NCBI RefSeq assembly: GCF_000008665.1
Contig: NC_000917.1
Location: 150,001 to 182,000, forward strand
Source of the DNA: Archaeoglobus fulgidus DSM 4304
GTDB taxonomy: Archaea > Halobacteriota > Archaeoglobi > Archaeoglobales > Archaeoglobaceae
Length of the DNA: 32,000 nt
Direction: 5' to 3'
The notes beneath the pieces were generated by a model, which did no database searches, was not told the origin of the DNA, and saw only the letters and a list, made by a program, of their open reading frames with translations. How positions within the stretch are numbered: the stretch's first letter is position 1; each line of letters starts with the position of its first letter. Shown piece by piece: positions 16,726-24,715 of the stretch. The translations under genes and the position numbers were made by a program.

Positions 16726-17094
16726 ATGGATTGGAAGAAGATTAGCATAGTGCTGGTGCTGGTGGCTGGGCAGGGCTCTATGTTGCGACGGCAATACCAT
16801 GGGGAATGATGAGGTACGGAGGATACGGTTACATACCCATGATGGGCGGAAATGGCATGGGCGGAGGTTACGGAATGGGTGGTGAAATACGGGTACAGAT
16901 ATGGCTATGATTACAACAACACGCCACAGCAGCCAGTGCAGCAAGGCTACTACGTAACGTACCACTGGCACTGCCCGGATGATGTGGCACTGGTGAGTGG
17001 GCACAGTTACATATCATACCTCTCTTTTCTCAAATTTTTTAAGCAAAGCAGCATTCGCGCTCCGTGCACAAGCTTTCTGGAATGTAGCTCATAA
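16726..17094 (+). pseudogene. Signal-anchored Gly/Tyr/Met-rich small protein, broken by two frameshifts
   Basis: GAGGTGA plus ATG 16726 gives MDWKKISIVLVLVAG, then nonsense and a stop at 16807-16809. The -1 frame continues AGLYVATAIPWGMMRYGGYGYIPMMGGNGMGGGYGMGG. The original frame resumes as KYGYRYGYDYNNTPQQPVQQGYYVTYHWHCPDD... (tracked ORF 16852..17094). The breaks are at about 16768-16770 (G run) and about 16878-16885. Confidence 0.5.
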
Positions 17095-17214
17095 ATCTGT
17101 CTGACCTGGCAACTAAGGCTAAGGCGAAAGATGCCGGTGTTATGCCGTTTGTGAAATGGGTAAGAATTGGATGCAAATTCCTCAGCGTTACAAATCTTAC
17201 GAGAAGCGGTATCA

Positions 17215-17769
17215 TCAGCCGAGTTCCTTCAGATAGGCTATGATATCGTTCAAGTCCTCATCGCTCATCTGCCACCTTGGCATGCACCAGTCGAGGGTTT
17301 CGTTATCATGCTCCCCCTTTGTGATTGCAATTCTGATCTCCTCGTCACTCATCTCCTCTTCAGTTAAGGCGGAGTATCTTATGTCTGGAGCCTTTTCATT
17401 GCACATCATCGGCACAAGCCCTCCCCTTCCATCCCTGCCATGGCAGTTCACGCAGCTTCCCCCATGCATCACCAGCCATTGAGGACCACCTGTAAAGGGG
17501 ATTCTCTCTCCCTTCTCGTTAATTCCCGTGAAGTAAATTTTTTCTCCATTTGAACTGAACTCAGCAGGACCCTGACAGCAGCCCGGTGGGTAGTAGCGCT
17601 CATCACTGTAGCCCATCATCGGGTTGTAGCCACCCATTGGGTAGCCACCGTAGCCCATCATAGGCATGTAGCCGTAGGGGGTTAAGAAGTTCAGCAGGAA
17701 GAACGCCACAACCACGACTGCAATTATCGCAACAACAATTTCGGACTTTTCCATGGTATTTATCAGCAT
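17215..17769 (-). CDS. Membrane-anchored monohaem c-type cytochrome with a Met/Gly/Tyr-rich linker
   Basis: One CxxCH motif (GGSCVNCHG), an N-terminal TM helix (IVVAIIAVVVVAFFLL), then PYGYMPMMGYGGYPMGGYNPMMGY. The start could be ATG 17754 (MEKSEIVV), directly downstream of an A/T-rich box. Confidence 0.7.
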   Translation of the reverse strand: MLINTMEKSEIVVAIIAVVVVAFFLLNFLTPYGYMPMMGYGGYPMGGYNPMMGYSDERYYPPGCCQGPAEFSSNGEKIYFTGINEKGERIPFTGGPQWLVMHGGSCVNCHGRDGRGGLVPMMCNEKAPDIRYSALTEEEMSDEEIRIAITKGEHDNETLDWCMPRWQMSDEDLNDIIAYLKELG

Positions 17770-17904
17770 AAAATTTTAAAAATTTTTTTACTCGGTTCCA
17801 ACGATATTAAGGAAACTTAGAATAAAAAGTTTGGAATCTTTTGTTGCTAGACTAATGCTTAGATCGAGTGGTTTTGAAAAGTTCAGCTCTCTATACCACA
17901 ACCT

Positions 17905-18440
17905 CTACCTCAGCAACCTCATCGAGTTCATAACGGCAATCAGCGTAACCCCGACATCCGCAAACACAGCCTCCCACATCGTCGCCATCCCCATTGCGCC
18001 GAGGCTTATGAAGAATCCTTTTACAGCTAAGGCGAGGACTATGTTCTCCCATACTACCTTCTGTGTCCTCTTTGCCAGCCTAATTGCTCTGGCAACCTTC
18101 GACGGCCTGTCGTCCATGATCACGACATCCACCACCTCGATGGCTGCACTTCTCATCGCCCCCATGGAGATGCCCACATCAGCCCCCGCTATAACTGGGG
18201 CATCGTTGATGCCATCTCCAACAAAAGCAAAGCTTTCTCCTTAGCCTTAATCTCCTCTATAACCCTCACCTTGTCTTCCGGCAGCAGTTCTGCGAAGTAT
18301 TCGATGCCCAGCTCTGATGCGATGCTTTCGGCAATCCCCCTGCTATCTCCGCCCAGTAGCAGTTTTTCCACCCGCATCCGGTGTAGCAGTAGGGAATCCA
18401 CCGAACAGACAGCCAACGTTAACAGAGCTATACAGAGCAT
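17905..18440 (-). pseudogene. C-terminal remnant of a heavy-metal P1B-type ATPase (Zn/Cd-like), N-terminally truncated and frameshifted
   Basis: ORF 18189..18440 reads ...LLLGGDSRGIAESIASELGIEYFAELLPEDKVRVIEEIKAKEK. The -1 frame continues SFAFVGDGINDAPVIAGADVGISMG... into ORF 17905..18177, ending ...VFADVGVTLIAVMNSMRLLR. This covers the P-type hinge motif GDGINDAP and the last two TM helices only. The frameshift is at the T3/A3 run at 18234-18236. Confidence 0.8.
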
Positions 18441-18503
18441 AGCTCATACATGTGTTCACTAATATCAAATGTTTAAAAATCTTTCGCCAATTGACACCAA
18501 AAT

Positions 18504-18830
18504 ATGCAATCAGTAAAGGATATTTTTAAGGAGCTTAAATCTTTGAGAGGAACGACTCGAAATTAAAGTTTTGGGAATTGCAACCTACATCCAGACATCA
18601 TCTGTGAGAAGAACTGCTAAAATCCTTTCAGAGTTGCATCCTGTTTCTAAATCATCAGTACATCGCTGGATAAAGAAGTTTGAGGAAAAATTGCCCATCT
18701 CAGCGGAGAAAAAAGGAATCTGATAGCGATGGATGAGACAGTGGTTAAGGCGAACAGGAAGCATTACTACGTCTATGCTGCGATAGGTGTGGAGTGGAAT
18801 GAGCTCATTCTTATGAGGGTCGCTGCCACA
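18504..18830 (+). pseudogene. Degenerate N-terminal fragment of an IS6-family (IS240-type DDE) transposase
   Basis: Pieced together across three frames: MQSVKDIFKELKSLRG / ERLEIKVLGIATYIQTSSVRRTAKILSELHPVSKSSVHRWIKKFEEKLPISAEKK / NLIAMDETVVKANRKHYYVYAAIGVEWNELILMRV. This is an HTH followed by the first catalytic Asp region (DETxxK). Similarity ends near 18830. Confidence 0.7.
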
Positions 18831-19001
18831 ATTTCTGGAATCTGTTCTGTAAGCTGTTTATGCTTTACTACAATCGATCGAGGTGGTTTTTGTGTTATGT
18901 GGACACATTCAAATGAGAAATCGAAATGGTATAATGGTATATGGATGTAGCAAAGCTACATCTTATCATGACAATTTATCACTAAGCTTTCAAAGATGAA
19001 A

Positions 19002-19016
19002 GAAAAACTTATTTTG
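19002..19016. repeat. Left copy of the 15-bp target-site duplication GAAAAACTTATTTTG
   Basis: Identical to 19980-19994 and directly abuts the left IS end. Confidence 0.85.
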
Positions 19017-19979
19017 TGTAGTATCCCAAAATTATTTCACAACCCTAAACCCAACTCTTGTGAGAAAACTAACGAACAAAAAGATCAAGTGGATCATCAA
19101 ACAGCTCGAAAAGGGAACACCAGTAAAGGAAATAGCTGCTGTGATGAGAGTTACACCAAGAAGAATCTACCAGCTTAAAAAGCAATACGAGGAAACTGGC
19201 CAGATCCCAGAACTAAAACAAGCAGGAAGAAAGCCCAAACCAATTGACGAGAAAACAGAGCAAATCATCCTGCAAGCCTACAAAAAATACAGGGTAAGTC
19301 CAGTACCTCTTTAAAAGCTGATAGAAAGAAATTACAGAATCCACATCCCCCACAACACCATATACAAAGTTTTACTCAAACACGGTTTGGTGGAGGAGAA
19401 CATGAACAAGAAGAAAAGGAGGAAGTGGGTTCGCTATGAAAGGACTCATTCAATGTCTTTATGGCAGGGAGACTGGAAAAAGCTTGGAGAGAAATGGATT
19501 ATAGCCTTCATGGACGATGCTTCCCGCTTCATCACCTGCTATGGAGTATTTGACTCTGCTACTACTGAGAACACAATCAAGGTGTTCAAGAAAGGATTCG
19601 CTGAGTATGGCATTCCGGATGAAATCCTCACAGACCATGGTACCCAATTTGTTGCAGCGAAAAGCAGAGAGAAGGCTAGGCACAGATTCAGAGAGTTTTT
19701 GGCCGAGAATGGAGTAAGGCACATTCTTGCGAGAGTGAACCATCCACAAACGAATGGGAAGATAGAGAGGTTCTTTGGGCTGATGGAGCAGAAGCTCCAT
19801 CTGTTTGATTCTTTGGATGAGTTCATTTATTGGTACAATTACGTTAAGCCTCACATGAGCCTGAATTTTGATGAACTGGAGACTCCTTACCAAGCTTTTC
19901 TGAGGAAGCTACCTGCTGAAAGGGTGTTTGAGTACGGGAGGTGGTTGTTTGAGGAGTGAAATTATTTCGGGATATCACA
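19017..19979 (+). mobile_element. Complete 963-bp insertion sequence (rve/DDE integrase type, IS481-like; the size matches the A. fulgidus element named ISA0963)
   Basis: Imperfect terminal inverted repeats: TGTAGTATCCCAAAATTATTTCAC at 19017-19040, versus the reverse complement of 19957-19979, TGTGATATCCCGAAATAATTTCAC. The element is flanked by a perfect 15-bp direct repeat. Confidence 0.85.
19060..19959 (+). pseudogene. IS transposase (HTH + rve integrase core) interrupted by one in-frame TAA at 19312-19314
   Basis: ORFs 19060..19314 and 19387..19959 are in the same frame. Read-through gives ...YRVSPVPL*KLIERNYRIHIPHNTIYKVLLKHGLVEENMNKKKRRKW.... The DDE triad candidates are in FMDDASRF, LTDHGTQF and HPQTNGKIERFF. 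Confidence 0.8.
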
Positions 19980-19994
19980 GAAAAACTTATTTTG
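19980..19994. repeat. Right copy of the 15-bp target-site duplication GAAAAACTTATTTTG
   Basis: Identical to 19002-19016 and directly abuts the right IS end. Confidence 0.85.
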
Positions 19995-20013
19995 ACAAAA
20001 AGTTAAAGTTTTC

Positions 20014-20434
20014 ATGGATTCAAAGGCAGTCTTAAAGGGAATGCTTGAGAAAGCCTACAGAATCGAGGCAGGATTTGAAAAACGAGGCTAATTTCAAAGC
20101 TTTTCTTGAGGTTATGGACGAGACTCAGAAAAAAGTTCTCTTTCAGCTCATTGCTGACTCTGAAAGGCATAAGGCCACGATTGAAGAAATCGCAAATAAC
20201 CTCGGAATTGAAATTGAGAAAAAGTCTGCGGAATTCGAGTTCAAGGACAGGAGGTTTTTTAACGAGATATACAAGCTTGAAGTGAGTGTAAGGTCTTTAT
20301 ACGAGCAGATGATATACAAATTTGGTAATCTTCTTGGTGAGGAAGTCGAGAAGTTAAAAGCACTCTTAAATGATGAAGAAAAGCACGCCAAACTTGTTGA
20401 AAAATTCGTAGACAAGACCCTCAGGATTGTTTGA
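20014..20434 (+). pseudogene. Ferritin-like / rubrerythrin-like diiron four-helix-bundle protein, frameshifted at an A5 run (20078-20082)
   Basis: ATG 20014 gives MDSKAVLKGMLEKAYRIEAGFEKRG and then a stop. The +1 frame (tracked ORF 20045..20434) continues NEANFKAFLEVMDE...DSERHKATIEEI...YKLEVSVRSLYEQM...NDEEKHAKLVEKF. Together these give the E / ExxH / E / ExxH ligand pattern. Confidence 0.65.
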
Positions 20435-20461
20435 GGGAAAACAGGAAGTTACCGTTTTCCC
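20435..20461 (+). terminator. Hairpin GGGAAAAC-(11 nt)-GTTTTCCC immediately after the ferritin-like stop
   Basis: A perfect 8-bp inverted repeat seen in the sequence. Whether it acts as a terminator in an archaeon is uncertain. Confidence 0.25.
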
Positions 20462-20565
20462 CCGAACAACAACTGACGAAATGAGCACGATTTGTTTATT
20501 TATGATGATAAAGTATTTATGAATACTCATACGAAATTATTATTCAATAAAAAAGGGGTGGTGGT

Positions 20566-22188
20566 ATGAGGTACAACCTGACCATAAAGAAGACCCTCTT
20601 TTTCCCCCTGCACGCCTTTCCGAACAAGGAGATAGTCTACAGGGACATCAACAGATACACCTACAGGAGATTCTACGAAAGGTTGCAGAGAGTTGCCAGC
20701 TCCCTTGAAAATATTGGGGCTAGGGGAGCGAAGATTGCCTTCATAGACTGGAACACGCACCAGTATCTGGAAGGGATGTTCGCCATTCCAATGATGGGCA
20801 GCATTCTGCACTGCGTAAACCTAAGACTGGCTCCAGAAGAGATAGTTTACACGATGCGCTACGTCGAGGACGACTTTGTTGTTATCAGGGACGAGTTTCT
20901 GCCCTTGGCCGAGAAGCTCGCTCCCCATGTGCCATCAGTGAAGGGCTGGATAGTGACGGGCGATGATGTGGACAAAGTCGAGACAAGCCTCAAGCCGGTT
21001 TACATCTGGGAGGATCTTGTTAAGGAGGGTTCGAGCTACGATTTTCCTGAGCTTGACGAGCATGAAACGGCGGTGGTTTACTTCACCTCAGGCACCACAG
21101 GATTGCCTAAGGCTGTCCACTTCTCCCACAGGCAGGTGGTGATGCAGTGCATAATCAACGGCCTTGCCCTTTCAGCCAATGAATCCCCAGCGAGGATGAG
21201 CTCTGCAGACACCATAATGCACATCCCGCCCTTCTTCCACGGAATGGGCTGGACTTTCCCGTATCTGGCAACAATGCTTGGAATGAAGCAGGTTCTGCCG
21301 GGAAGATATGAGCCTCAGGTAATGCTGGATTTGATAAAGAATGAGGGCGTTACCTTTGCAGGCGGGGTGCCGGTGTTCCTTAAAATGCTCATTGAGCATC
21401 CAGAGGCTGAGAAGTACAAGGATGCTCTGTCCAAGTTCAAGTTTGTGTGCGATGGTGAGCACCCGCAGAGAGTGCTTTTTGAGAGAGCTAAGCAGCTGGG
21501 CATAAAGATGATTGAAGCTTTTGGCATGTCTGAAGGAGTGGGGTTTACCTTTGCCGTTCTAAAGGACCACATGCTGGACTGGGACTGGGAGAGGCAGGTG
21601 GAGTATCTCAACAAGGCAGGCTTGCCCGCTCCCTTCGTTGAGGTCAGGATTGTTGACGATGAGGGCAAAGAGGTGCCGAGGGACTTCCAGACGATGGGTG
21701 AGATTCTCATCAGAAGTCCCGGCCTGACGGAGGGATACTGGAAGAATCCGGAGAAGACTGCTGAATCTTGGGATGAGGAAGGATGGTTCCACACCGGCGA
21801 TTTGGGAGTGTGGGATGAGGAGGGCTACATCCTGATTCTCGACAGGGCTAAGGACGTCATAAAGAGTGGAGGCGAGTGGATAAGCTCCGTAAGGCTTGAG
21901 GGATACATTCTGGAGCATCCTGCTGTCAGCGAGGCTGCAGTAGTTGCTGCGAGGAGCGAGAAGTGGAGTGAGAGGCCCATAGCCGTCGTTGTGCCAAAGC
22001 CCGGGATGAGCGTGACAGAGAAGGAGATAATAGACTTCCTGATGAAGAACTTCGTTGAGACGGGAAAGATGGCGAAGTGGTGGCTGCCTGACAGGGTTTT
22101 CATTGTGGATGAGATGCCGAGAACCACTGTGGGCAAGATAAACAAGAGGGCGATAAGGGAGAAGTACAAGGACCTCGTACTCCCCTGA
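20566..22188 (+). CDS. Medium/long-chain acyl-CoA synthetase (AMP-forming)
   Basis: 540 aa with the AMP-binding signature YFTSGTTGLPKAV, also GYWKNPEKT, WFHTGDLG and the C-terminal catalytic Lys region TTVGKINKR. GGGGTGGTGG lies before the ATG. Confidence 0.9.
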   Translation: MRYNLTIKKTLFFPLHAFPNKEIVYRDINRYTYRRFYERLQRVASSLENIGARGAKIAFIDWNTHQYLEGMFAIPMMGSILHCVNLRLAPEEIVYTMRYVEDDFVVIRDEFLPLAEKLAPHVPSVKGWIVTGDDVDKVETSLKPVYIWEDLVKEGSSYDFPELDEHETAVVYFTSGTTGLPKAVHFSHRQVVMQCIINGLALSANESPARMSSADTIMHIPPFFHGMGWTFPYLATMLGMKQVLPGRYEPQVMLDLIKNEGVTFAGGVPVFLKMLIEHPEAEKYKDALSKFKFVCDGEHPQRVLFERAKQLGIKMIEAFGMSEGVGFTFAVLKDHMLDWDWERQVEYLNKAGLPAPFVEVRIVDDEGKEVPRDFQTMGEILIRSPGLTEGYWKNPEKTAESWDEEGWFHTGDLGVWDEEGYILILDRAKDVIKSGGEWISSVRLEGYILEHPAVSEAAVVAARSEKWSERPIAVVVPKPGMSVTEKEIIDFLMKNFVETGKMAKWWLPDRVFIVDEMPRTTVGKINKRAIREKYKDLVLP

Positions 22189-22206
22189 TGCTCACACTTT
22201 GAGCAT
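22188..22206 (+). terminator. Hairpin ATGCTCA-cactt-TGAGCAT overlapping the stop codon, followed by a T-rich tract
   Basis: A 7-bp perfect inverted repeat, followed by aattcaatttttta. This is a speculative terminator or operator. Confidence 0.25.
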
Positions 22207-22274
22207 AATTCAATTTTTTAAGATGATAATGAATTTAAATTTGCTCATTAAATGTTATAAATTGGAGGTGAACT

Positions 22275-24263
22275 ATGGAGCCGAAAATTTTGTGGGAGCC
22301 GGATTCGGAGTTTATCAAAAACTCCAATCTGGCCGAGTTTGTTGAGTGGCTTTCTTCAAACAAGGGTCTCGATTTTGTGGTTTCAGAGAATGCGAGGGAG
22401 AACGTTGAGAACTACAAGAACCTCTGGAAGTGGTCTGTGGAGAACCTTGAGGACTTCTGGGAGAGCGTGTGGGAGTTCTTTGAGATTAAGAGCTACAGCG
22501 ATTACAAGACTGTTCTCGATGAAAGGAAGATGCCGGGAGCAAAGTGGTTTGAGGGGGCAACGCTGAACTATGCGGAGCATGCCTTTTTGAAGGCTGGTGA
22601 GGGAGAAGCGGTTGTTTACGTTAGAGAGGACGGTTTGAGGAGGGCTTTAACATGGAGCGAGCTGGAGAGGCAGACTGCAGCCTTTGCTGCTTGGCTTAAA
22701 GATATGGGTGTAAAGAAGGGAGACAGGGTTGTTGCCTACTGCAGTCAGGTTCCTGAAGCGGTTATTGCATTGCTGGCAACGGCGAGCATTGGTGCAATCT
22801 GGGCGGCCGTTGGTGGTGAGGTTGCGCCAAGGGCTGTTATTGACAGGTTCAAGCAGCTTGAGCCAAAGGTTCTGATCGCATCTGATGGCCACTTCTACAA
22901 CGGGAAGGAGTTCAACAAGCTGGAGGACATTAAGACCGTTGTCAGCGGCATCCCGAGCCTTGAGAGGGTTGTCTTGATTCCCAACCTCTACGAGTCCCAC
23001 GACCTGAAGCTTAGCATCCCACTCCACTATTGGGAAGAGACGGTTGATAGAAAGGAGAAGCTCACCTTCGAGCCTCTGCCCTTTGACCATCCACTATGGG
23101 TTCTTTACACCTCAGGAACAACAGGAATTCCGAAGCCCATTGTTCACGGGCATGGGGGGATAACGGTCGAGATCTTCAAGGGCTCCTTCCACATGGACTT
23201 CAAGGAGGGCGACCGCTTCCTGTGGTACTCCCCGCCCTCATGGATGATGTGGAACACTGTTGTTAGCGGTCTCCTCGCTGGAGCTACCATTGTCTTCTAC
23301 GATGGCAGCCCGCTTTACAACTTCCTCCAGCCGCTGTGGCAGATATGCGAGAAGGAGAAGCTGAACATCTTCGGAACGAGTGCTCCCTTCCTCCACGGCT
23401 GCATGAAATTCGGCCTGCAGCCCGGCTCGCAGTACGATTTGAGCAGCTTGAGAATGGTTGGCTCCACCGCCGCCCCGCTATCGCCTGAGGGCTTTGAGTG
23501 GGTTTACAGGAATGTTAAGGAGGACGTATGGCTGAACTCTGCAAGCGGCGGGACGGATGTGATGACGGGCTTTGTTGGAGGCTGCCCAATTCTCCCCGTC
23601 TGGAGTGGAGAGCTTCAGTGCAGGTGGCTGGGGACGAAAGTTGAGGCTTACAACATTGAAGGCAAGCCTGTAATCAATGAAGTGGGAGAGCTTGTCATCG
23701 AGCTCCCGATGCCCTCAATGCCCCTCTACTTCTGGAATGACAAGGACTTCAGCTGGTATAAAGAGAGCTACTTCAGCATGTTCCCCAACGTCTGGTGGCA
23801 CGGGGACTGGCTGATGATTACAGACAGAGGAACGGCAATAATCTTCGGCCGCTCTGATTCAACAATCAAGAGAAAGGGAGTTAGAATGGGAACTCTGGAC
23901 TTCTACAAGGTTGTCGAGAGTATGAACGAAATTATCAGCAGCCTCGTTGTTGAGGTCAAGGGCAAGATTTTCCTCTTCGTGGTTCCAGCACATGGAATTG
24001 AGGTCAACGAGGAGCTTAAGGAGAAGATAAACAGAGCCTTGAAAGAGAATCTCGGAGCCTACTTCGTTGCGGACTACATTATTCCAGTGCCCGACATTCC
24101 AATGACTTTGAACTACAAGAAGCTGGAGGTGCCGATAAAGAAGATTCTGCTCGGCTGGGAAGTGGAGAAGGCAGTGAACCTTGACAGCATAATGAATCCT
24201 GATGCCGTTTTCAAGGTCGTTGAGGCTGCAAAGCCCTACGTGGAGCAGCTGGAGGGAGAATGA
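22275..24263 (+). CDS. Acetoacetyl-CoA synthetase-type acyl-CoA ligase
   Basis: 662 aa. The N-terminus (ILWEPDSEFIKNSNLAEFVEWL...NLWKWSVENLEDFWESVWEFF) and YTSGTTGIPKPIVHGHGG are typical of the acetoacetate-CoA ligase family. GGAGGTGA lies before the ATG. Confidence 0.8.
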   Translation: MEPKILWEPDSEFIKNSNLAEFVEWLSSNKGLDFVVSENARENVENYKNLWKWSVENLEDFWESVWEFFEIKSYSDYKTVLDERKMPGAKWFEGATLNYAEHAFLKAGEGEAVVYVREDGLRRALTWSELERQTAAFAAWLKDMGVKKGDRVVAYCSQVPEAVIALLATASIGAIWAAVGGEVAPRAVIDRFKQLEPKVLIASDGHFYNGKEFNKLEDIKTVVSGIPSLERVVLIPNLYESHDLKLSIPLHYWEETVDRKEKLTFEPLPFDHPLWVLYTSGTTGIPKPIVHGHGGITVEIFKGSFHMDFKEGDRFLWYSPPSWMMWNTVVSGLLAGATIVFYDGSPLYNFLQPLWQICEKEKLNIFGTSAPFLHGCMKFGLQPGSQYDLSSLRMVGSTAAPLSPEGFEWVYRNVKEDVWLNSASGGTDVMTGFVGGCPILPVWSGELQCRWLGTKVEAYNIEGKPVINEVGELVIELPMPSMPLYFWNDKDFSWYKESYFSMFPNVWWHGDWLMITDRGTAIIFGRSDSTIKRKGVRMGTLDFYKVVESMNEIISSLVVEVKGKIFLFVVPAHGIEVNEELKEKINRALKENLGAYFVADYIIPVPDIPMTLNYKKLEVPIKKILLGWEVEKAVNLDSIMNPDAVFKVVEAAKPYVEQLEGE

Positions 24264-24703
24264 TGCAGAGCCTTTACTTTGAAGACTTTCAGGAAGGAAT
24301 GGAGCTTGAAACTGTTGGGAGAACAGTAACGGAAGCGGACATAGTGATGTTCGCTGCCCTCACAGGAGACTGGAATCCCATACACGTTGATGCAGAATAT
24401 GCGAAAACAACAATTTTTGGCCAGCGCATCGCCCACGGAACACTCACATTTTCCATCATGACCGGTTTGCTGATGAGGCTTGGATTTCTGGAGGAGACCG
24501 TTGTTGCCTTTTACGGCGTTGACAGGCTCCGCTTTACCAATCCCGTTTTCATTGGAGACACGATTAAGGCGAGAGCAAAGGTTGTGGAGAAGCAGGACAG
24601 GGGGCAGTTTGGTGTTGTGAAGATAGAAGCGAGTGTGGTTAAGCAGACAGGCGATGTGGTGCTGAACTGCATTCTGAGGGTTGCGGTGAAGAAGAAAGGC
24701 TGA
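24260..24703 (+). CDS. MaoC-like (R)-specific enoyl-CoA hydratase (hot-dog fold)
   Basis: 147 aa with the hydratase motif LTGDWNPIHVDAEYAKTTIFGQRIAHG. There is an ATGA start/stop overlap with the upstream gene. Confidence 0.85.
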   Translation: MMQSLYFEDFQEGMELETVGRTVTEADIVMFAALTGDWNPIHVDAEYAKTTIFGQRIAHGTLTFSIMTGLLMRLGFLEETVVAFYGVDRLRFTNPVFIGDTIKARAKVVEKQDRGQFGVVKIEASVVKQTGDVVLNCILRVAVKKKG

Positions 24704-24715
24704 GGAGGTGAGAAA

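Noticed and set aside
16714-17004. 96-aa minus-strand ORF
   Set aside because: It is antisense to the Gly/Tyr/Met-rich gene. That gene has a strong GAGGTGA-ATG start and compositional similarity to the neighbouring cytochrome.
16380-17215. Search for tRNA or other structured RNA genes in the long non-coding stretches (also 18440-18504 and 18830-19000)
   Set aside because: I could find no cloverleaf-compatible arms and no T-loop GTTCGAATC-like box. The 8-bp hairpin GATGTAGC-aaa-GCTACATC at 18944-18962 is isolated and more likely IS-scar or terminator-like sequence.
17831-18462. Plus-strand ORFs 17831..18244 and 18271..18462
   Set aside because: They are antisense to the P-type ATPase remnant, which carries the diagnostic GDGINDAP motif on the minus strand.
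18729-18950. 73-aa ORF MDETVVKANRKHYYVYAAIG...
   Set aside because: It is not an independent gene. Its first ~35 residues are the DDE region of the degraded IS6-type transposase, and the remainder is unrelated read-through.
20494-20531. Direct repeat TATTTATGA x2 and the near-palindrome TATGAATACTCATA upstream of the first acyl-CoA synthetase
   Set aside because: The region is very A/T-rich promoter DNA, where such short repeats arise easily. Without conservation data I cannot separate them from TATA-box-like background.
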